51,653 nt of DNA from Sphaeroforma arctica JP610. Its lineage: Eukaryota. The first letter of the stretch is position 1. The number at the start of each line of letters is the position of its first letter. Shown in pieces: positions 34,044 to 47,337 of the stretch. The stretch is from contig NW_014040537.1 in assembly GCF_001186125.1 (NCBI RefSeq), positions 118,971-170,623 on the forward strand. Reading direction: 5' to 3'. A program made the translations under genes and the position numbers. The notes below the pieces were generated by a model that worked only from the letters and a program-made list of their open reading frames with translations, had not been told where the DNA came from and searched no databases.

Positions 34044-35988
34044 GTATTACGTATTTTTTTCTCCAAATTTCATATCATATCTAAAATTTTACACTTAACG
34101 TTTTTAGTGCATATTTATTAATTTTTAATAGTAAAATGCCAATTTTTCGCCATATTTATTTTCGGAAAATACGTGTTCCATGGTCAGATCTGCTCCTTTA
34201 TTTTATTTTGTTAAGAAAAATCGAACTTCGAAGATGTACGGTTCCACGGACCACGCCCGCCAAACGTTTGGTATTTGTTCCACGGACCACGTCACCACGC
34301 CCGCCACACTGTAAAAAAAAGAAGAAGCAGAAAATCACGGTAGATGAGATTCCGGAATATAGGAATGAAGCCTCGAGGGCTGAGGACCAGGGGGCCCAGG
34401 ATTCTGGAATGTACCATACCACAGAAAGCCACGTGAAGCATCAAGATTTCTGCAATGATTGGCCATATAGAATGCGTATCACCCTCTCAAAATAGTCTAT
34501 TGACAAAGGTTTTGTATATGAGGTTTTTAGTGGATGATAGATTGTGATTTGTTTGACGGCGTGCGACTGTGTAACAGTGTAAGAGTCTAAGAGAGTGTGC
34601 AACTGTGCGGTGTGCGACTGATTGACTGTGTGCCATGTACTGGCCTTGTGTGTACAGTTGTGCACTGTGTAGAATTGCAGGTTGCACCGTTGCAGTCTGC
34701 ACTCTGCACTCAAGACTACTGTACAAGAAGAGAGTTGCATACTGCATCTTAATAACTGCAGACTGCAGTCTCAGTGCAGTGTGACTGCGTGTCGAGTCGT
34801 CGACTGGACACATGACTGCTTGACTGTTGGGTATTTTACCTGTTTTATTTTATTTTGTATTTTATTGCTTAAAAGAAAAGAAAGAGCAAAACAAATCATT
34901 GTCAGTGGAAGTTGAAATTGATATAAAAAAAGTATTTCGAAGAGTTCTATTGAAAAGCCGCGGACAACTCAGATCTTTAAATAAAAATATTCTTTTCATT
35001 CTCTCCATTTCATAGCCAAAAAATTCCAGTTTCAGGCCACCGTCACTGGTAACTAGTCTACTGTGTAGCTCCCCCAGCCCTACCGCCCGCCGGCCTGCCC
35101 TCATCATGGGAAATGTATAGGTTTTGCATGCAAGCTGCAGCCTGCACTTCAAGGCTCAAGGCCTCGAGCCCACAACAAAGTTTGTCGTAAAAAAATACAT
35201 AGGCAGGAGTAACAGGACAGGTTAGCCTTCTGAAATAGAAACACAGGTTTTTATCTTTACAAATCCGATATTTTTTTAAACAATAGTCAAATTTGGGATA
35301 GTGCTAAAACTCTTTCTCACCGAAAACAATTACAAAGTCAAACTATTTTCCTCTGTTCGTTCCAATTTTCTACTTTATTTTGAAAAATAGAAACAAAGCA
35401 ATTCCATATTCCTGCTCTTTCTAAAATATAGATTATACTGAGACCTGAGTCCGAAAGTCTGAAATATCTGACATATTATAGCCTAAAAATATAGTAGTCT
35501 CATCATTTCTCTACTAGACCCTGAGATCTGAATCTGATTGAGAGGCCCGAAGCCCGTCTGATGAGCCGAAGCCCGAAGGCCATGGTCACTTTTCAGAATG
35601 TGATGTCGGATACTCGGAATATGTGTCATTGTGTGACAGCTATTTTCACAAGTGATATTCCTGTGAGTAAAATATTCATTTTTGAAGTACAGTAAGTAAA
35701 ATCTGGGCAGTTGTTGACGGAGACGAGAGTCTCAGTCAGGTCACGACGGTCAAACAACTAAATTATAGAGTAAATAGTAAATATACCCGTCACAAGTTGC
35801 AACTCTCTCCCACCTCAGAGGCTCCGAGCCTCTGATGCTCCGTCGGACCGTCCGACTCCTAATAAAAGTTCTTTCTCACTTCTTCTGTCAAATGTCAGTC
35901 AACTTGTTGTCGCAACAAGTCATAACTCTGAACTCAGTGACCTACTGACCTCACAGCCACAGGCTCACAGTCTCCCTCTCACAAGAAG

Positions 35989-36100
35989 TCACAACTCACA
36001 ACTCACAACTCACAACTCACAACTCACAACTCACAACTCACAACTCACAACTCACAACTCACAACTCACAACTCACAACTCACAACTCACAACTCACAAC
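35989..36100. repeat. (TCACAAC)16 heptanucleotide repeat
   Basis: Perfect tandem array. Confidence 0.95.
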
Positions 36101-36867
36101 AACAGGTTCACAATAGTGGAGTAAAGTGTGGAACCATTACTCTCAATTGGTCAAAAAAAATGAATGAAAAATACTTCATCCAGTACAAGGTCAAGTATGC
36201 AGTTAGTACACTACTACTAGTACCCCAGACTCCAGAGAGAGTCCCAGACCGGAGAGTCTGAGACCCGGGACCCCAGTCACCGTGCCGAGTTCATACTAAT
36301 AACAATAAAATATAACACAGGGCCAGAGTCCAGTCCCAGAGTGGCCCAACTTCCAAGGCCCAAGAGGGCCCCACTCTGCCCAAGGCCTTGGGGCTTGGGC
36401 AACGGACAGTTGGGCACCGACTACCAAATCCCAAGCTCCAAAGGCAACGGCAAATATGTCTGAAATACGGCCCAGGGGCAAAATTAAATAAAAACATTCA
36501 CTTCTACTTTTTGCAGATTCAATGTTTTGCAATAACATGTGCAACATAGTGTGCAGAGAGTCACTGTAGACTCCAGAGAGTGCAACGCTGACTACTGAGG
36601 GCAGAGTGCAGAGTGCAGAGTACAGTCCACAGAGTGAAGACTATTTACCAGCAGGGTGATATAGAGTCAGACTATAGTGTATACGGTATAGTGTAGACCT
36701 TTTTTTATTTTAAATACTGTATACCTTCAATACTCTAGACAGGGTTTGGTTTGTTCTTTTCATATAACACGGATGCAATATATTAATACTTATTATTAGC
36801 AATACTGTATAGCCTTTAAATTCATCGTACATTCGCATACATAGTCTCGCATATACATAGTCTAACT

Positions 36868-39225
36868 ATGAAGAAACTATATTCGCGTCTCGCTATTGTA
36901 GCTATGTGCCAGGTTGCATGCTTGGCACGCACAGAAACTGAGCAGGATTTTTCGATCGGTATGAGGACACTTGTGCTCACCTCCGGTGCTAATACTTTTG
37001 ATGAGTTACCCATATGGGTGTCGCAAGCATACGGAGTGAATTTCGATACAGTATCAATCACGGAGGAGTCTGAGTTTAGGTTTCCAGAATGTACTGATTC
37101 TTCAGCGAACTCAGAGAATTGTGGTAGCATGGGAACGAATTCGACACGACGTGATTTTAGCAGGATAGATCTGTACGATCCCGAAACGAACGATCCCAAG
37201 TATAACTCTATCGTTCTTACAACGCTGAATTTAGGCTTTGCCTCTTACGATGAAAATTTTAATTCCATTTGGAATCAATATGGTCTCACGCAGGAAACCT
37301 CGGATGAACTAGACAAGTATTGTGTGAAGTACGGCGTTCGCACAGTGTCTCTGAATAGCAGTCCAATCGAAATTTTTGATTTTGCTATGGCACCTGCAAT
37401 TTCAGAAGGAGGCGTAGCCGCTGATAATATGACGGTGTTGAGCTTTGCGTCGAACAATTGGGCAAATGACATGCGTAATATACTGAATCAAGACGCGCGG
37501 ATACGCGTGGGAAGCGAAACTGAAGTATCAGCGAATGGTGCATATTGGCTTACACCAGCGCTCATTAGAGAAGATCAGAATGTTGATGGTCACATGCAGC
37601 CAATATTAAATCTTGATTACACCTGCCCGAACGGCCAGGCTTGTACTGGAGTTGGTGCTACGCTGGTACGGGATCGCCTTTCCGCGCGTGAGACTCTTCA
37701 CTTCCATATAAACATGGATTTATTCGGATTGCACGGAGTGACTCTAGCACATATGTGGTACCCTTGGGTCGTACGAGGTCTTTTTTTGGGAGAGCGCAAG
37801 GTTGTTCTTGACTGCCAAGTCGACGACGCCTTGCTTGATACCAAAATTTACGACACAACTGGCACACAAAACAGCAGTACTGAGAAATACCGAATGACGG
37901 AAATCGATCTCAAAGCTCACCGGGACTTTCAGCGCAACTTAAATATTGCATTGCCTTCTGGCTCGAACTTCACATTACAAATGGCATTCAACGGTGTTGG
38001 TTGGGAAGAGTTTGGTCAAAGAAAGGACTACGAACCTAATCTGAACGAAGGGGTCACGAAGTACTTTGATGAGTTTCTTTGGGTTTCACATACCTGGAAT
38101 CACATTGATATGTACTGCCTGAATTCTGATTGTAGTCAAGCGGACCCTGTCGATGATCCATTATTTGAGGCATGTTTTGACTGGAGTGACGGACCCTGCG
38201 ACTACGAAGGGGAAGAGCCTGCGTATTATGCACCTATCAGTGGTTATACACCCTACGAATACGAAACATATGAACTGACTCGCAATCAGTACTTTGCAGA
38301 GGAAGTTTTAAATGTGCAGGAGCATGAGGAGGCGTGGTCTCCAAGATCAATGGTAACGCCGAGAATTTCCGGCCTTAACTACACTGAAGGTGTCAGGGCA
38401 ATGCTTGCGGCCGGAATTTTCAATGCAGTGGGAGACAATAGTCGTTTAGATCTTAAGCCAGCAAACCCATGGCATCCTTTCCTTGCCATAGCGAAGGTGA
38501 ATGGCGATGGAGAAAAGCTCACCACCGAAGACAGGGAGGATTTCGAGGAGGAGATGCTCGAACTCTATGGTGCGAGATCGGTTACTATTATCCCCAGGTT
38601 TGCTACCAGGGTATATTTCGACGTTTCGCTACCAGTGGAGTTCGAGATGGAACATAACTCCATCTACGGGCCCAACTGTACGCTTTGTAAGAATGATACA
38701 TTTAAGTATGACGACAACCTCACTGTTGACACATTGATGGAAATTGAAGGCTTTGAAACGGCACGCAACCTACTATCTCTGCGAATTGAGCCATATATGT
38801 TCCACCAGGCGAATCTTCGAATGTACAGTGATGGCAGGTTTTCGACTTCCTTGATACAGGAATGGATCGTTGCTTCGTTAAGATGGGTGAAAGACTACAC
38901 TACGTTCCCCGTATACACATACAAAATGGACGATCTCGCAGAATATTATCGTCAAAGACAGGAACGAGACGAGTGTGGTCTCGCAGGCTCGATCAAGTAT
39001 TCGAACGGCAGACCTGTTTCAGTAAGCATCTCATCTGACAGTAGTTGTCAGGCCAAGCTGACGTATACCAAGACCACAGATTCGGCCATGATGCAACCTG
39101 TAACCTTTGAAGGCTCTGCAACTGACATATCTAACATTCTCATTATGGAAGGCAAGGAGTCGAAGGGAGATACAGTCCAGTTGGAGCTGTTTGGGAACCT
39201 AATGGGTGTCTCGGAAGACAGATAA
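36868..39225 (+). CDS. Secreted Agd3-like (CE18) polysaccharide deacetylase, 785 aa, intronless
   Basis: Signal-peptide-like N-terminus. Motifs QVDD, FNGVG, WVSHTWNH, VTPRISGL, GDNSR, IPRFAT and PYMFHQANL, recalled from Aspergillus Agd3. Confidence 0.8.
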   Translation: MKKLYSRLAIVAMCQVACLARTETEQDFSIGMRTLVLTSGANTFDELPIWVSQAYGVNFDTVSITEESEFRFPECTDSSANSENCGSMGTNSTRRDFSRIDLYDPETNDPKYNSIVLTTLNLGFASYDENFNSIWNQYGLTQETSDELDKYCVKYGVRTVSLNSSPIEIFDFAMAPAISEGGVAADNMTVLSFASNNWANDMRNILNQDARIRVGSETEVSANGAYWLTPALIREDQNVDGHMQPILNLDYTCPNGQACTGVGATLVRDRLSARETLHFHINMDLFGLHGVTLAHMWYPWVVRGLFLGERKVVLDCQVDDALLDTKIYDTTGTQNSSTEKYRMTEIDLKAHRDFQRNLNIALPSGSNFTLQMAFNGVGWEEFGQRKDYEPNLNEGVTKYFDEFLWVSHTWNHIDMYCLNSDCSQADPVDDPLFEACFDWSDGPCDYEGEEPAYYAPISGYTPYEYETYELTRNQYFAEEVLNVQEHEEAWSPRSMVTPRISGLNYTEGVRAMLAAGIFNAVGDNSRLDLKPANPWHPFLAIAKVNGDGEKLTTEDREDFEEEMLELYGARSVTIIPRFATRVYFDVSLPVEFEMEHNSIYGPNCTLCKNDTFKYDDNLTVDTLMEIEGFETARNLLSLRIEPYMFHQANLRMYSDGRFSTSLIQEWIVASLRWVKDYTTFPVYTYKMDDLAEYYRQRQERDECGLAGSIKYSNGRPVSVSISSDSSCQAKLTYTKTTDSAMMQPVTFEGSATDISNILIMEGKESKGDTVQLELFGNLMGVSEDR

Positions 39226-39800
39226 ACAATTAGATTAGTAAATTAGTACATGATGATCATACACTATGGATCCTCATTCATCCTAGTATCGCATTTCAGT
39301 CCAAATTAGATCGCATATATTTAGATCACTATACTATTGATTATTCTTCAGAGATTGATCACTCATTCAATATTAAAATAAGCGCACATATAATATACAG
39401 GTGTGTATGCAAAAACTTAAAAACGTAATTGAGGTGTGGATTATCATCTCGCGTAAATGTATCTATAGAGGTTTGATATATGCGGAAGCCCCACACGGTT
39501 CTATAAGTTAGATAATCATATACGCGTGTACATAAAACATTGGTTTAAAGATACTAATATACCCGACATGAATATATGAGAATAGGCCAATGTATGCGTG
39601 CACAATCAGATAATATCAGAAAGGCTGATGGAGAGCAAGAGTATATGGTACTTTCTAGCAATACAAAACTGCAGGAATACGTTTTCTACATAGCATTGCA
39701 CCTTATATGCCCTTACGGTACACAACAACTCAGTCCCTTATACATTGGCTCGTCTAAAATAGTACACTTTTATCCGCGGTAGCACCTATTATACGCTCGT

Positions 39801-42158
39801 TCACCAGGATTTTCGTTGCTTCTTATGGTCATAACCATCTCCACCGCCTCGACCACCGCCTCGACCACCGCCTCGACCACCACCTCTACCGCGACTGCCA
39901 CCCCGCCCCCTTAAACTACTGCTGTTCGGTTTATACTCGGCCTTTGCCTTGGCCTTCTCCTTTTGATTCTCTTCGTGCATCTTTACGGTGTCGGTTGCCG
40001 CGTGCCGTTTCTTAACCATGCCGTGCAGGTAGGCTTGCCGATTCTCAATCGAATGCTGCTCGTCAAGATTGATGAACTGGTAGTTGTGGGAATATGTGCA
40101 TGTGTTTAGCCAGAGAAACCTATGATAAGGCGTATGATGATTTAGTTGGGAAATATACTGGATTGGTAGTGCACATGCCAACAATCCGGCATACGCCAGA
40201 ATACAGTACGAAAACAGGTCATATTAAGGCCACAAGGTATAAGCACATAGAATCTGTTTGACATTGTAATATCTTGTAGCGAGAGTATAATTGAACCGTA
40301 TATTCTGAAAATGCCTCATACTAGTTGACAACAAACCAATGTACATTGACAATAGCGATGACGAACGTACAACTGACAAAATCCAAAGGTATCACAACGC
40401 TTTTTATACAGGTGATACCCACATTAATCGTCGGAATAAATAACTGTACACACACACACTCTCTCTCTCTTATATATATATATATATATATATACCTAAA
40501 CACACACATATATACACATACATACATGCTTACGTACATGAATGAAAAATTACCTACATACATATAAACGCGTAGACATTACTATATATAGAATATTTAA
40601 TATACAGATTGATACACGCTCTCATGCATAGACTCACGAACCTACACATATACAAACGTGTACACACGCGCACACACACACACGCATATATATATATGTA
40701 TATTATATCTATGAAATAATAAATTTGAATTTATATATACATAACAAATATGAAACCAACTTTTTATATACATACAATATACATATACACGTTGACCGTT
40801 CGATAATGATAACAAAGAAATACATGCGATATCTAATAGTGGTTTAAACAGCTAACACGAGGATTTTCAATTACAACTTTCCACACGGAACTATGATACG
40901 TATATACTGAACATTCCACCTATAATTTCTGAGGAAATACACGAACAGAGCGTAGACATACTTCTTTCAGTGCTTTCTCTGACACGCTAATTGGCACCCA
41001 AGTCATAAAATCGAATAGCGAATCATCAACATCTTCTGCGAAAAGCTTTCCGTCATTATCTTCAAGCAATCTAAAAGGGAGGGGGAGGGTGATATATAAG
41101 CTTGTTTCCAAATTCGCGGTGGAGACTGGAACATAAAAAGTAGGTATATCACAACATTATGCTTCACAAACTAGTATATATACAAGTGCTATACAGTGCA
41201 ATTAGACCGAATATTTAGCTCGGTGATCAAGCGGATATCATAGGCGAAGACCCATTTAAATACAAGCGAGTGCGAACCCGAGAAACAAACAACATCTATG
41301 CGGTGGCGGGCTGTATGCCGACAAATAATATATTGAACAGGCATGCTATCAGAAAGAGATACCCAACTGACACACAAGACTTGCATGGTTCTACACATAC
41401 AAAAACAGTATCTCCTACGTGTCTACTAGAAATTCACACTAAATTCGTATCGGCGAACACACCGATCAATCATTTTGCGGATGCTCTCCTTCTTCTTCTT
41501 TAACGCCGCCTCTTTAGTCGTCCTGTTCTCAACTGTTCGCCGGAGTCCTTTGCCACCGCCTTGCGCGGACTTTTCTATGTTTATTCTACGACCATCCATT
41601 TTAGTGTGGTGCAGCTTGCACGCCACCGTCAATGCCTTGTTGGTCTTGAAGTCCACAAATGCCATGCCCCTCGACTTATTTGTGCCTTTCTCTGTCAGCA
41701 TGCGAATACCCAATATATCATCTCCTATATTGCCCAGACGCGTTAAGTGATCTCTAATCTCATCCGCCCCGACTGTGTAAGGCAGTTGACCGACAAAGGC
41801 GATGTATTGCTCGGGCTGTCCTCCATCCTGAGAAGCAGAAATTGTGCCGGCTTGGTCAGTGAAGATATGCAATGATAAGACTCGCAGGATATTTATGTAC
41901 GCTTGTGTCCATAGTGCGAAAGTCTCTACTTATGTAAGCTGCTTATAACTAATCATTAAGCAATAAATGACTGTCGTATATGCTAAGGGGCATACTAGCT
42001 CTACATACGTTCAATAAAAACCAGGTATATACATTTCTTAGCCAACGATATATATCCAATTATGTATCATCATTATCGTATACAGGTGGAATAAGCTGCG
42101 TAACAAATATAATTAAAAAATGTATGAATAGACTAATACGTTTACCCCACGGCGATAT

Positions 42159-42198
<40 letters not shown>

Positions 42199-42202
42199 TA
42201 TA

Positions 42203-42281
<79 letters not shown>

Positions 42282-42348
42282 TTATATACATGCATGCATA
42301 CATACATGCATATATACATTCATACATACATACATACATACATACATT

Positions 42349-42379
<31 letters not shown>

Positions 42380-42815
42380 ACGTTTATTCAGCAATAAATA
42401 CATATTGTATATAGAAGCCAAACCTTATCTGTAACTCTCATTGTATTCTACATAGCTTGACATCGCAAAAAAATCCGAGAAGTATAGAAATGTACACTTA
42501 CATCATCCCTTTTCCGCTTCCTGCTAGCTTGTTCGGGCTCTTTAGTATTATCTGTAGATTGTGTAAGTGTAGGCGCGGTTTTACCGGCTTCGGTGGTGGT
42601 ACTGGCTGGAGGCATAATTACATACTTTTAACTACTAGGATATACTCAGCTACTTGTTCAATAGAGACACCGCTTAACTTATAGATTGAATGTACAGGTA
42701 TTAGAATGTGATAGTAGTGATTGAGGTTATCACTTCGACCATCCTTAGCAAAAACACTCCACAGGCCATTTTTCAAGCACAATTAACATTCAACCTCCTG
42801 GATTTTGCCTGCCAT
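39801..42815 (-). CDS. Nop6-like single-RRM protein with C-terminal RGG tract; exons 42502-42605, 41463-41827, 40962-41070, 39801-40076; first exon uncertain
   Basis: RNP2 AFVGQL, RNP1 RGMAFVDF, H...INIE..QGGG. GT-AG boundaries keep frame across the four listed exons. The start at 42815 is tentative. Confidence 0.75.
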
Positions 42816-43521
42816 TGACTTACAGATAGAAGCACGTGCCAGCTATTTAGAGTTTAGGGTTACACATATTTCTTCTTCTTTTTTTTGTGTGCTAAATTCT
42901 AGCTAGCCAATGATTGAAGGTAGTTGAGTTGCAGCAATCAAACCAAAATCAAACCGCAAATCGTATACAGAAGTAGAGAAAGAAGGAAAATCAGAAATCT
43001 CTATTTAGAAGAAGGCTATGAAATCTCAGCCACTTGTAGCCATTGAGGAGCGTTTTATACCAATCATAATTAAGTATTACTGATTGTGAATGTGACCACT
43101 GGCCTCTTATTCATCACAAATTTTTGTGCCGAGACAAGGCCTGGGCCATCAAGTGTATTTCAATACGTTAATATCAACTGAGTTGGTGGCGTGTAACGTT
43201 TATCGATTTGTAAACGTTTGTTTCAAATTTTTAAAAGTATTAATATGTAGTCAGTGTTTGCAGGCAGTCTGAGGGCGCTCGGGTCGGGGATCGCCCAAAT
43301 ATAGTATTTTTGAAGTTTTATCAGAGAGCACGTATGATAAATGCACATATCACCATAGCGGCATAGTCCGAGATAAAAGTAGAATGCTAAAAAAATGCGA
43401 CTGTTATGTCGAGTCCGTCGAGTGTCGAGTGTCGAGCATATGTGCTGACATAAAACAGAAACGAACGTTGCCATCCGTATCAGAACTATCAGCAGAACAC
43501 ATTATACACAAATTTGCGGTA

Positions 43522-44894
43522 ATGTGTGCAGATAAGAACCTTTACATTGGAGTCGACCTGGGTGGCACTAATGCCAAAGCTGGCGTAATTACATTAGAAG
43601 GCGAGCTTGTGTGTCGCAAAGACCTCCCAATCACAGACTTAGAAGAGAACGCTGTCGCAGAAAGACTAGTAGAGTGTATTCGAGAAGCGTTAAAGTCATG
43701 CAACCACACACTTTCCGAAGTTGCATGCATTGGCGTAGGGTCTCCAGGAGGGATTAGAGATGGCCTGGTTACAAGCGCAGCCAATTTCCCTTTGTGGAAA
43801 GATGTTCCGCTCGCACAGATGATCAAAGATCGATGTGAGGGTGTTACTACAATTCTTGCAAATGATGCTGATGCTGCGATTGCCGCAGAAGTATGGGTAG
43901 GAGCTGTAAAGAAACACGGTGCTAGAAATATGGCTATGTGGACGTTGGGCACAGGCGTTGGGTTTGGTGTAGTGATTGAAGGCGCCGTTGTCAAGGGTTA
44001 CTCGGGATTAATTGAAGGAGGACACGCTATCGTTGTTCCCGACGGTGACCTGTGTGGGTGCTCGCAAAAGGGTTGTATAGAGATGTACGTATCTGCGTCG
44101 AATGTGGCTCGTATCGCCAAGGAGGCAGCACGGAAACCTGGGGCTAAGTCATGCCTGCCTGTGGGTGATTTCGGATCGTACGAAGTGTTCCAGGCAGCGG
44201 CAAAGGGAGACGAGGTGGCCAATGCGGCGATCGACCAAGCGGCGGATAAGCTCGGCATGATGAGTGTCAATGTGTCGAGATTCCTAGACGTCGAACTAAT
44301 AGGTATGTATTCAATGTGGTTGTGCGCATATGTTCATTTGTTTCACGTTTATTTGTACGTATGTATCAGCTCTTACATTTGTACGGAGAAAGAGACGATT
44401 GTGAGCGTTCCAGAAGTGTTGATCCCCTTCATATTTTCAAATGTGCATCAATCCCGATATGATACGCGGTGCAGGTTAAAGCATTTTCAAGAATCAGAAC
44501 CCAAAACTTTCGTGGTAAACGTTATGCATAAGAGTCCGCACCGATACCCGTGTAAAATACGTTTGATGTATATAGTTGAAATTTTAGCAGCTGGAAATCT
44601 ACATACGTGGGCTTGTGGCTGTTTAAAAACTATACAATAATCTATCTTGTTCCATCCAATAAGGGTTGATCCGGTGCTGAACCTTTAATGAACCTCTTTT
44701 ATTGTATAGTGTTCGCCGGAGGAATGACCAAGGCCGGCGATATCCTACTCGAGAAAATCCAAACTGCTTTCGACAAGTACACTTGGACCAAGCTGCCCAA
44801 TAATGCAAAGCTAGTATATGCCGAGGTGGGCGAGGACTCTGGCGTTATTGGTGCCGGGGCGATGGCTAAGTTACATGTGACTGGCGAAATCTAA
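43522..44894 (+). CDS. ROK-family sugar kinase; exons 43522-44302 and 44710-44894
   Basis: GVDLGGT, GVGSPG, NDA, TLGTGVG, EGGH, CGCSQKGCIE, FAGG, GVIGA. In-frame GT-AG intron 44303-44709. Confidence 0.92.
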
Positions 44895-45862
44895 GTGCCA
44901 GAATGCAGTCGAATAATATAGTTGAAAATAAGTGACAGAAACGAACCATGAACATAGGTACGCTATAATTAGTACTTCACACCGAAACGCGGATGTCAGA
45001 TAAAAGGCACATACAAAACAGTACGTGTACCAACTCTTGTGAGAACTCTGTCAAAGTCCATATATATATCAGTCGTTAAAGTATTCCTAGAGGATAATTG
45101 TAGATAATTTACGCATAGGAATGGTCTAGTTAAGTAATTCCGAACTTGGGTCAAAGAATGACGGCTACAGAGACAGCATTGTTGCTTTCTCATGAAAAAC
45201 ACGCTGCGTTCAAAATATCACTCACGGCACGCATGCGTACACATAATTCTACGTTAGTTTGTATATCCAATAGTAGTGCGTATACGTGTACAAATCTAAC
45301 CACATATGAAAATTCTGATAGTCAGTTCAGAGCCTGTCATTGTTGCGAGTAGGAAAGAGAAAAAGTGGACATTAGAGCGGAATAAAATCGATCGCGTACA
45401 CATACACGCATAGGCATATGTGTTTACAATTGAGCTTGAGCTGACTCTTAAGTTGAATGAATATGTGTCGACCCAAATCGGAATATAACCCGTTTCTTGT
45501 TCGTTATAGCGTGTATACACGCTCACTTCCTGAGCGGAATTATGCAGAATTCTTACAATGCTACCGCGTACATTCTGAGGAAGTACGGAATTCAAAATAC
45601 CGCACAGCATGCAGCGACTGACAGTATCAAGCCGATACCTCTAGGGGATCGGCATCCAATGGGACCACTTTTGCCATATCTACAGCTAGGCAAGTTCTGG
45701 TCATAATTTATCAGCTATCCGTTGACAATGTGATTAGCTTAACACTGCGAGAACTGAAATAAATGCACAATACTTGCAGATGTGTTGTTAGCAAATATAT
45801 GGGACGATGAGTCTGTTTCTTACCTGTGGAAAAAGCAAACCACACGTATATCCTCCTGAATC

Positions 45863-45921
<59 letters not shown>

Positions 45922-46102
45922 GTAGTAGTAGACGTAACGTACGTAGTAGTAGTTAGTTAGTACGTAAACGAACNNNNNNNNNNNNNNNNNNNNNNNNNNN
46001 NNNNNNNNNNNNNNNNNNNNNNNNNNNNNNNNNNNNNNNNNNNNNNNNNNNNNNNNNNNNCGTTACGTACGTAAGAACGAACAACAACTACTACTACTCT
46101 AC

Positions 46103-46164
<62 letters not shown>

Positions 46165-47337
46165 CTGTATAGCAAGTCATGAGTGTTATAGCAACACGCA
46201 TAGCTTTCAAATATGGATAAGAAACAGTTTTTGAATCGAACCGAATGTGCACATTAAGATAATTCTCAATATTCAGGCCACAAATCTATTCGTGGCCGTA
46301 CGATATATGATTGACTTTAGACCATTTGCAATAGTAATGGCCGCTGATACATGATCCGACATACGTATATAGCTGTGTTGACCCCTTCGCGTGTTGAGTA
46401 TAAAAAAATCTTCCCATATGTTCAATGAAAGCTTAATAGAACATATATACATCGATTCTTACTGGGCTACAAAACGAACTGTCAACCAAGATATACCTTA
46501 CACTTACATATATCGAAACACACGCATGTATGAGTAGGCGAGCGGGTTTCGGAGGCCAAAATACATTTTCTTGGAGGTCATATTTTTAACTAGTAGTAGG
46601 CAGACGCTAGTATAAAATGAATTAATTTTTAATTTAGACAGCTATCCCTTGTGAAAGTTCCAAAAGTAAAACAGCGTGAAGCGATATGGAAGTAAAATCT
46701 TCAAATACGTAGTAGAATAGTTGGCAATGTGGCTTTATAACACAGCTTCTCTCTTATAGTGCGGTTTTCATTAGCGAATTGCAGCGAATTGAACTACATC
46801 CAAACTATGCGTACAGTATTAACATATAGCTCTTCATTTTCCGCCTGTAGATATAGATAGATTATGATCTTCAATTGTAAACGGCCTCCTCAATTGTAAG
46901 TTTGTAACCTCTAATGATATTTAACGCTCTTTGTGATTTTTTCCAATTCACCCGCGCAAACTGGCCTTTACTCATATCATGATGGATGAGCAGATTTGCC
47001 ATACAGTTTCTCTAGAAAAAAAACATAAATTTTCAAAGCTCACTCTGAAGAAGTCTGCCGACTTCAGTTCGAAAAAAAATCAGGGTTCTAAAAATAGATT
47101 ATTGCAATATCTACCCCCGTGTGACAGTACAATTTCACCCACAGGCCCATGTAGAGGCCCACAGTCCCATCGGTCCATCCATGTGTAGCTGTTTTAAAAT
47201 TACCACGAGCGGCAAGTGATTCGGTGACGTGCACACAGCGGAAACTCTTGCGAATCGCAAAAATAATTGTACATAGACTACACAACACCGTTACACTACG
47301 GTCTTTTTGCAATAACGTAACCGTATTTATTGTCAAT

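Noticed and set aside
35540..35585. Hammerhead-like CTGATGAGCCGAAGCCCGAAG
   Set aside because: No proper stem II or GAAA; better explained by local micro-duplication of GCCCGAAG.
35989..36100. Interstitial telomere
   Set aside because: The TCACAAC / GTTGTGA unit lacks the GGG run of typical telomeric repeats; treated as a microsatellite.
41980..42414. YI-repeat ORFs (also 9-299, 30220-30817, 40321-40567, 45957-46175)
   Set aside because: Translations of (TA)n/(CA)n tracts or N runs.
43384..44640. ORF-track 418-aa version of the ROK kinase and 209-aa version of RPL17 (47224 start)
   Set aside because: The extensions run into UTR or intron; family motifs begin near 43522 and 47338.
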